Positions 59,323 to 64,000 of a DNA stretch of 64,000 nt are shown piece by piece. Within the stretch, counting starts at the first letter, position 1. Each line of letters starts with the position of its first letter. The notes below the pieces were generated by a model that had not been told where the DNA came from, searched no databases, and was given only the letters and a program-made list of their open reading frames with translations. Location of the stretch: the NCBI GenBank assembly GCA_965215565.1, contig CBDCDZ010000004.1:1760001-1824000 (forward strand). Direction: 5' to 3'. This DNA is from Trueperaceae bacterium. Its GTDB lineage: Bacteria > Deinococcota > Deinococci > Deinococcales > Trueperaceae. Position numbers and translations under genes: made by a program.

Positions 59323-60675
59323 TTACGCCTCCCACGCCGCTTTGAGCGCCGCCGCGAGCGAATCTACGCCGACGACGCCGCTTCGTTTATCCACGCCGAC
59401 ATCGTACGAGGGCGGACCGATAAAGCGCGGGAAGCTCGCTTTGGACGCCTCGGAAACGCGCCGCACGAGCTGCGAGACGCTCCGCAGTTCGCCCGCCAAG
59501 CCGACTTCGCCCACGACGGCGGTACCTTCGGGGACGGTGCGGTTGGTCACGGCGGAGTAGACCGCTAAAGCCACGGCGAGGTCGGTGCCGGGATCGGTGA
59601 GGCGCAAGCCGCCCGCGACGTTGACGTAGATGTCTAGTCCTGCTAGGGGAAGCTCGAGCCTCCTTTCCAATACCGCCAACACCACATCCACGCGCCGCTG
59701 ATCGAGCCCCTGCACGATGCGCCGGGGCGAGGCGTACGGTGACTTCGCGGCGAGGGCTTGCACCTCTAAAAGAAGGGGGCGCTGTCCCTCTAACGCTGCG
59801 ACGACGGCGGAGCCGGGCACGCCGAGCGGTCTTTCGGCTAAAAAGGCTTCGGACGGGTTGGCGACAGGCGTCATCCCGTCGTGTGTCATCTCGAAGACGC
59901 CCATCTCACCCGCGGGTCCGAAGCGGTTTTTGAGCGCCCGCAAGACGCGAAAGCCCGACGCGCTCTCTAACGCGAGGGTGGTGTCCACCATGTGCTCGAT
60001 AACTTTAGGTCCAGCGATGCTGCCCTGCTTGGTGACGTGACCGATCAAAACGAGCGTAGCATCCGCCTCTTTCGCCGCTTGGGTCAGAAGAGCGGTGGCG
60101 TCGCGTACCTGGCTCAGGCTACCCGGTGTGCCGCTGTCGTCCGCTAAGAGAGTCTGGATAGAATCGACAATCACGAGGCGTGGTCTAGCCGTGCGCAGAT
60201 GCTCAGCGAGGACGCGAGCGTCCGTCTCGCGGGTGAGTTGCAAAGAGGTATCCACCCCCAAACGCTCGGCTCGCAGCTTGACCTGTGCGAGCGACTCCTC
60301 GCCTGCCACGTAGAGCGTCTCTCTCGCTCGCCGCACCGAAGCGTGCGAAAGCTGTAAAAGCAGTGTGGACTTGCCGATGCCCGGCTCGCCCGCGAGGAGG
60401 AGCACCGCGCCCGCCACCCAGCCGCCGCCCAAGACGCGGTCGACCTCATCTAAACCGGAGGTCGAGCGGAGCGCGTCCGTGCTTTTCACGTCGGCGAGGC
60501 TCTGTACGGTGGCGCTGTAGAGGGCGCTACGCGCCTTGCCTGCTGAGGTTGGGGTGGGGCGCTCGAGCTTAGGCTCCATGCTGCCCCACGCGCCGCAGCG
60601 CGGACACTTGCCCATCTGTACGGGCGACTGGGTGCCGCACTCGCTACATACATAGGTTGTGGTGACCTTAGCCAC
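59323..60675 (-). CDS. radA: DNA repair protein RadA/Sms
   Basis: CSECG...GKCPRC zinc finger, GEPGIGKST, KNRFG, Lon-like C-terminus. Confidence 0.98.
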   Translation of the reverse strand: MAKVTTTYVCSECGTQSPVQMGKCPRCGAWGSMEPKLERPTPTSAGKARSALYSATVQSLADVKSTDALRSTSGLDEVDRVLGGGWVAGAVLLLAGEPGIGKSTLLLQLSHASVRRARETLYVAGEESLAQVKLRAERLGVDTSLQLTRETDARVLAEHLRTARPRLVIVDSIQTLLADDSGTPGSLSQVRDATALLTQAAKEADATLVLIGHVTKQGSIAGPKVIEHMVDTTLALESASGFRVLRALKNRFGPAGEMGVFEMTHDGMTPVANPSEAFLAERPLGVPGSAVVAALEGQRPLLLEVQALAAKSPYASPRRIVQGLDQRRVDVVLAVLERRLELPLAGLDIYVNVAGGLRLTDPGTDLAVALAVYSAVTNRTVPEGTAVVGEVGLAGELRSVSQLVRRVSEASKASFPRFIGPPSYDVGVDKRSGVVGVDSLAAALKAAWEA

Positions 60676-61385
60676 AGTCAGCCACCGCTACGTTCACATG
60701 TCGTTCGTGTAGTTCGCGTCATCGGGATATATCATACCTTTGCCGGGAGACGCAGCCCGCATTGGAGGGTACGCCCTTACGGTCCCGAAACGCTTCGCTC
60801 TATGAAGAATGCCACATCTACGCTCGACTGCTCCGCAGTGAAGAGGACCCTATTGCCCTCAATAGTTACGGTATTTGCCCCCTAGTTTATACGCGCTAAG
60901 ATTGAAGCGAAAACTCCATTTTAATCGTGCTGCAGAGTACTTTCAGCTATTTCCTAGCTGATAAGAATCGAACAGTTTAGCTCCAGGCCTGGTACAAACG
61001 CACCAGCCGATCTTCACCCAAAAGATAGCAATAAACCTGCATAGCTATAGGTATAACGCTGAAAGTTGGGTACTGAAATCTAAGCTAATAGAGCTAAATG
61101 TACCTATACACGTTGTGAAATCCTTCGTATACTTCAGTTCAGGCTCATACAGAAGTCGGGTATCAAAAAAGCGTAATTTGGTGGACGTGACAGCTTACCG
61201 TGAACGAGTGACCGACGATGCGCTAAGGTGCACGCTGAGACGGGTGGAGCGACGAACGAGTAAGGGGGAGCAGTGAGCGAAACGTGTAGCGGTTCGACAT
61301 ACCTCGCGGCGCACAGTGTGAGCGCCGCGCGTGTAGATAAGGGCAGGTTCAACCTAAGCCACTCGAGCGGAAGGGACAAACACAT

Positions 61386-62024
61386 ATGAATCAGATTCTG
61401 AACGAAGTAAGCGCCATGAACGTCAACTTGGAGGCTCCCAGCCAGACCTTGAAGTTCCAGCGCAAGCAGACGCTCTACCATAACGGTGACCCTGCACAGT
61501 CCGTTTTCCGCGTCAAAGATGGTCTTATCCGCATCACCCGCATGACGCCTGAAGGTCGCATTCTCACGGTGCGCCACGTGATGCCCGGTGACTTTTTCGG
61601 CGAAGAAGCGTTTATGGATTCTAAGCGTGAAGAGATTGCAGAAGCGCTCACCAACGCGCAGATTGAGGCGATTGACCCCCAGATGATCAACCACAGCGAC
61701 CTTATGACTATCACCCAGTCCTTATCACGCCAGATGCAGCGCCTGATGGACTACGAGTACCATCTGCAGACGGGCGACTTGCGGCAGCGCGTCGCACGCT
61801 ATTTGATCAAACTCTCCGAGACCCCGCTAGCCTCAGAAAACGACGAGGGGCGCATCGTCGTCTCCGCGACGCACGAACTCATCGCTGAGGGAACTGCGAG
61901 CACGCGCGAGAGCGTATCGAAGATCATCACCGAGCTTAGAAGCGAAGGGCTCATCGAGTCGGGCTACCGCTCCATCGTGCTCTTAGCGCCAAGTGAGCTA
62001 GACGAGATCGCGCAGGGATTGTAG
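61386..62024 (+). CDS. CRP/FNR-family regulator, LdrP (TTHB099)-like
   Basis: RHVMPGDFFGEEA, QMQRLMDYEYHLQTGDLRQRVARYL, HELIAEGTASTRESVSK; resembles Thermus LdrP from memory. Confidence 0.9.
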   Translation: MNQILNEVSAMNVNLEAPSQTLKFQRKQTLYHNGDPAQSVFRVKDGLIRITRMTPEGRILTVRHVMPGDFFGEEAFMDSKREEIAEALTNAQIEAIDPQMINHSDLMTITQSLSRQMQRLMDYEYHLQTGDLRQRVARYLIKLSETPLASENDEGRIVVSATHELIAEGTASTRESVSKIITELRSEGLIESGYRSIVLLAPSELDEIAQGL

Positions 62025-62042
62025 CTGAACGGGTGAGATGAA

Positions 62043-62136
62043 TTTAAGTCCAAAAGCCTAAATTTTCCAGGCTTTTGGACTTAAAGTTTGGTGAAGTTTG
62101 TAAAGAGGTGCTGACGAAAGTTGGCACCTCTTCTTT
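62043..62136 (+). terminator. Two hairpins after the CRP gene
   Basis: TTTAAGTCCAAAAGCC...GGCTTTTGGACTTAAA and AGAGGTGC...GCACCTCT followed by TCTTT. Confidence 0.65.
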
Positions 62137-62167
62137 GTACGTTTGTGACGGGCATCCCTCTATGTCA

Positions 62168-62277
62168 TAGCAGTATCATCTGGTCTGAGACACTCCCACT
62201 TTTGAGAACATCGTTTAGCACGCACATTCTGAGATGATATCTGCGCCCCTTTGTCTCAGTATGTTTTGGAAGTGCTA
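62168..62277 (-). repeat. 111 bp dispersed element, copy D (110 bp, inverted)
   Basis: Reverse complement reads TAGCACTTCCAAAACATACTGAGACA...CCAGATGATACTGCTA; abuts the murA stop. Confidence 0.85.
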
Positions 62278-63573
62278 TCAATTGAGTGGCGTTCTCGGGA
62301 TGAGTTCGGGCGCTTGCCCCCGCCTCACGCGGGCTCCCAAAGCGCGCAGCCGCGCCTCTAACCCCTCGTAGCCCCGCTCGATATAACGCACACCGGTGAT
62401 CGCCGATTCGCCCTCCGCGGCGAGCGCCGCGATGACGAGCGCGCCGCCCGCGCGGATATCCGCGGCGTGCATCTGGGTGCCCGTAAGGGTGCCGCCCTGC
62501 ACGATGAGCGTGCGGTCGCGCAGCTCAAGTTGCGCCCCCGCGCGCGTCAGTTCGCCGACGTGGGTAAAGCGGTCCGGGTAGACGCGATCTTGGAGCGTGC
62601 TAAAGCCCGGCACTGTCGCTAGGAACGCGCCGAAGGGCGCTTGCAAGTCGGTAGGAAGACCGGGGTACTCGCTCGCGACGACGTCTATGGGTCTAAGTGG
62701 ACCTGCTGCGTCAACGTGTAAAGTATGCGCGTCCAACTGCGTAACAGCGACGCCGCTCTCGCCGAGCTTGTGCGTGACGGCGCACAGATGCTCGGGGTTG
62801 ACGTTGCGCAGTGTGACTTGGCCGCGCGTCGCCGCCGCCGCGAGCATAAAGGTACCCGCCTCGATACGGTCAGGCACGGGGCGGTACGTAACGCCGCGCA
62901 GCGAGGCGACGCCTTCGATGTGAACCGTAGAGGTGCCCGCGCCGCGAATACGCGCGCCCATGGCGTTGAGCATCTGAGCGAGGTCCGCGATTTCGGGTTC
63001 CAACGCGGCGTTCTCAATCGTGACGTGACCTTCGCCCAAGGCGCTCGCTAAGATGATGTTCTGCGTACCGCCGACAGTAGGCACCTCAAAGACCGCTCTC
63101 CCCGCCAAGGCACCCGAACGCCGCACCTGAAAGTCGCCGCCCGCTTCGCCTATCTCCGCGCCTATTTGCCGAAAGGCCTTGATGTGCCGGTCCACGGGGC
63201 GCGGACCGAAGGCGCAGCCACCCGGCATGGAGATGTTCGCTTCGCCGCAGCGCCCTAAAAGCGCGCCCATCGCTACGAAGCTCGCCCGCAGTTGGCTGAC
63301 CAGCGCGTAGGGCGCGTCGCAGGTGAAAATTTCAGACGCTTCGATATGGAGGTCACGCCCGTGCCAGCGCGCTACCGCGCCGAAGTGCTCCAACATCTCG
63401 CACAAGATAAGGATGTCGCTCAGCTTAGGGATATTCTCTAACACGACTTTCTCACGGGTGAGGAGTGAACCCATCATCAAGTAGAGAACGGAGTTTTTGG
63501 CGGCGTGAATGTGCACTTCGCCGCGTAAAGGCGTGCCGCCAGCGATGTAGAGCGCGTCGTGATGAAGTTCCAT
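62278..63573 (-). CDS. murA: UDP-N-acetylglucosamine 1-carboxyvinyltransferase
   Basis: AKNS, LRASF, PGGCAFGPRPVDRH, DRIEAGT, YPGLPTDLQ, DIRAG. Confidence 0.97.
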   Translation of the reverse strand: MELHHDALYIAGGTPLRGEVHIHAAKNSVLYLMMGSLLTREKVVLENIPKLSDILILCEMLEHFGAVARWHGRDLHIEASEIFTCDAPYALVSQLRASFVAMGALLGRCGEANISMPGGCAFGPRPVDRHIKAFRQIGAEIGEAGGDFQVRRSGALAGRAVFEVPTVGGTQNIILASALGEGHVTIENAALEPEIADLAQMLNAMGARIRGAGTSTVHIEGVASLRGVTYRPVPDRIEAGTFMLAAAATRGQVTLRNVNPEHLCAVTHKLGESGVAVTQLDAHTLHVDAAGPLRPIDVVASEYPGLPTDLQAPFGAFLATVPGFSTLQDRVYPDRFTHVGELTRAGAQLELRDRTLIVQGGTLTGTQMHAADIRAGGALVIAALAAEGESAITGVRYIERGYEGLEARLRALGARVRRGQAPELIPRTPLN

Positions 63574-63747
63574 AGTCGTATTCCTTGCCCCTATCTCTAT
63601 TCTCGAGCCGTAGCCCGCTTGTCAGCCTAACCTAAAATCACCCCTGAGGGGCTTATACGTCCAGGCTAACAGATTCGCCCTACTCTACAAGCGAATTACG
63701 TCACTTACACATGATACACATAAATATTCTAGGAGAAATTTTCCACA

Positions 63748-63776
63748 TTGTCAAGTTGTGTAAGGTAGTGTATAGT
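63748..63776 (+). promoter_or_regulatory. Sigma70-like promoter
   Basis: TTGTCA-N17-TATAGT upstream of the 63873 gene. Confidence 0.55.
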
Positions 63777-63872
63777 AGCGTATATTGAAGCAGTTGCAAA
63801 GGACTGATGTTGGTCATTTTTCCTCTAGCGAATCCGGGGTGGCGCGGCGCGCTATCCGCATACGGGAGACCC

Positions 63873-64000
63873 ATGCCTAAACGCGAAAAGAGTAAACGAC
63901 TTCAGGTCGTGATCACTGAAAAACAAGACTCGCTCCTAACGAAAACCGCCTATCAGCTCTCCAATCCCGAGCGCCTCATCTCTAAGTCCGAAGTGGTGCG
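63873..64000 (+). CDS. Small RHH-like regulator typical of Deinococcus-Thermus (3' end outside window)
   Basis: GGGAG RBS; MPKREKSKRLQVVITEKQDSLLTKTAYQLSNPERLISKSEVV. Confidence 0.8.
   Translation, partial: MPKREKSKRLQVVITEKQDSLLTKTAYQLSNPERLISKSEVV

Noticed and set aside
61134..61694. 186-aa minus-strand ORF
   Set aside because: Antisense to the CRP gene with no motifs.
8986..62277. Recurrent CCAGATGATACCTGCT as CRISPR repeats or integron attC sites
   Set aside because: Copies are dispersed, in both orientations, with no regular spacers, no cas or intI genes and no GTTRRRY ends.

Overview
A GC-rich bacterial chromosomal window whose genes and repeats point to Deinococcota, probably Truepera-like. 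It is mostly housekeeping and metabolism: secDF, rsmE, prmA, an assimilatory nitrate/nitrite operon with sirohaem genes, galE, fumC, a Ugp-like ABC importer, MoxR/DUF58, malQ, a two-component system, luxS, tRNA-Gln, miaB, radA, an LdrP-like CRP regulator and murA. Accessory content includes five toxin-antitoxin modules plus two relics, a divergent type II R-M island (HTH-fused nuclease and an M.PvuII-like methylase), one IS5-family element and several families of small dispersed repeats. The best candidate for an undescribed system is a signal-peptide-bearing uORF ending LRLEGG-stop directly upstream of secDF. Its last codons can base-pair with the spacer up to the secDF ribosome-binding site, which is the layout of SecM/MifM/VemP translation-arrest secretion monitors, but with a C-terminal motif I do not recognise. 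The second is a PlsY-like acyltransferase fused to an acyl-ACP-reductase-like domain, a candidate for making Deinococcota alkylamine or diol lipids. Four unrelated genes each carry a single +1 frameshift, probably from assembly errors. All alignments, pairings and counts were done by eye.
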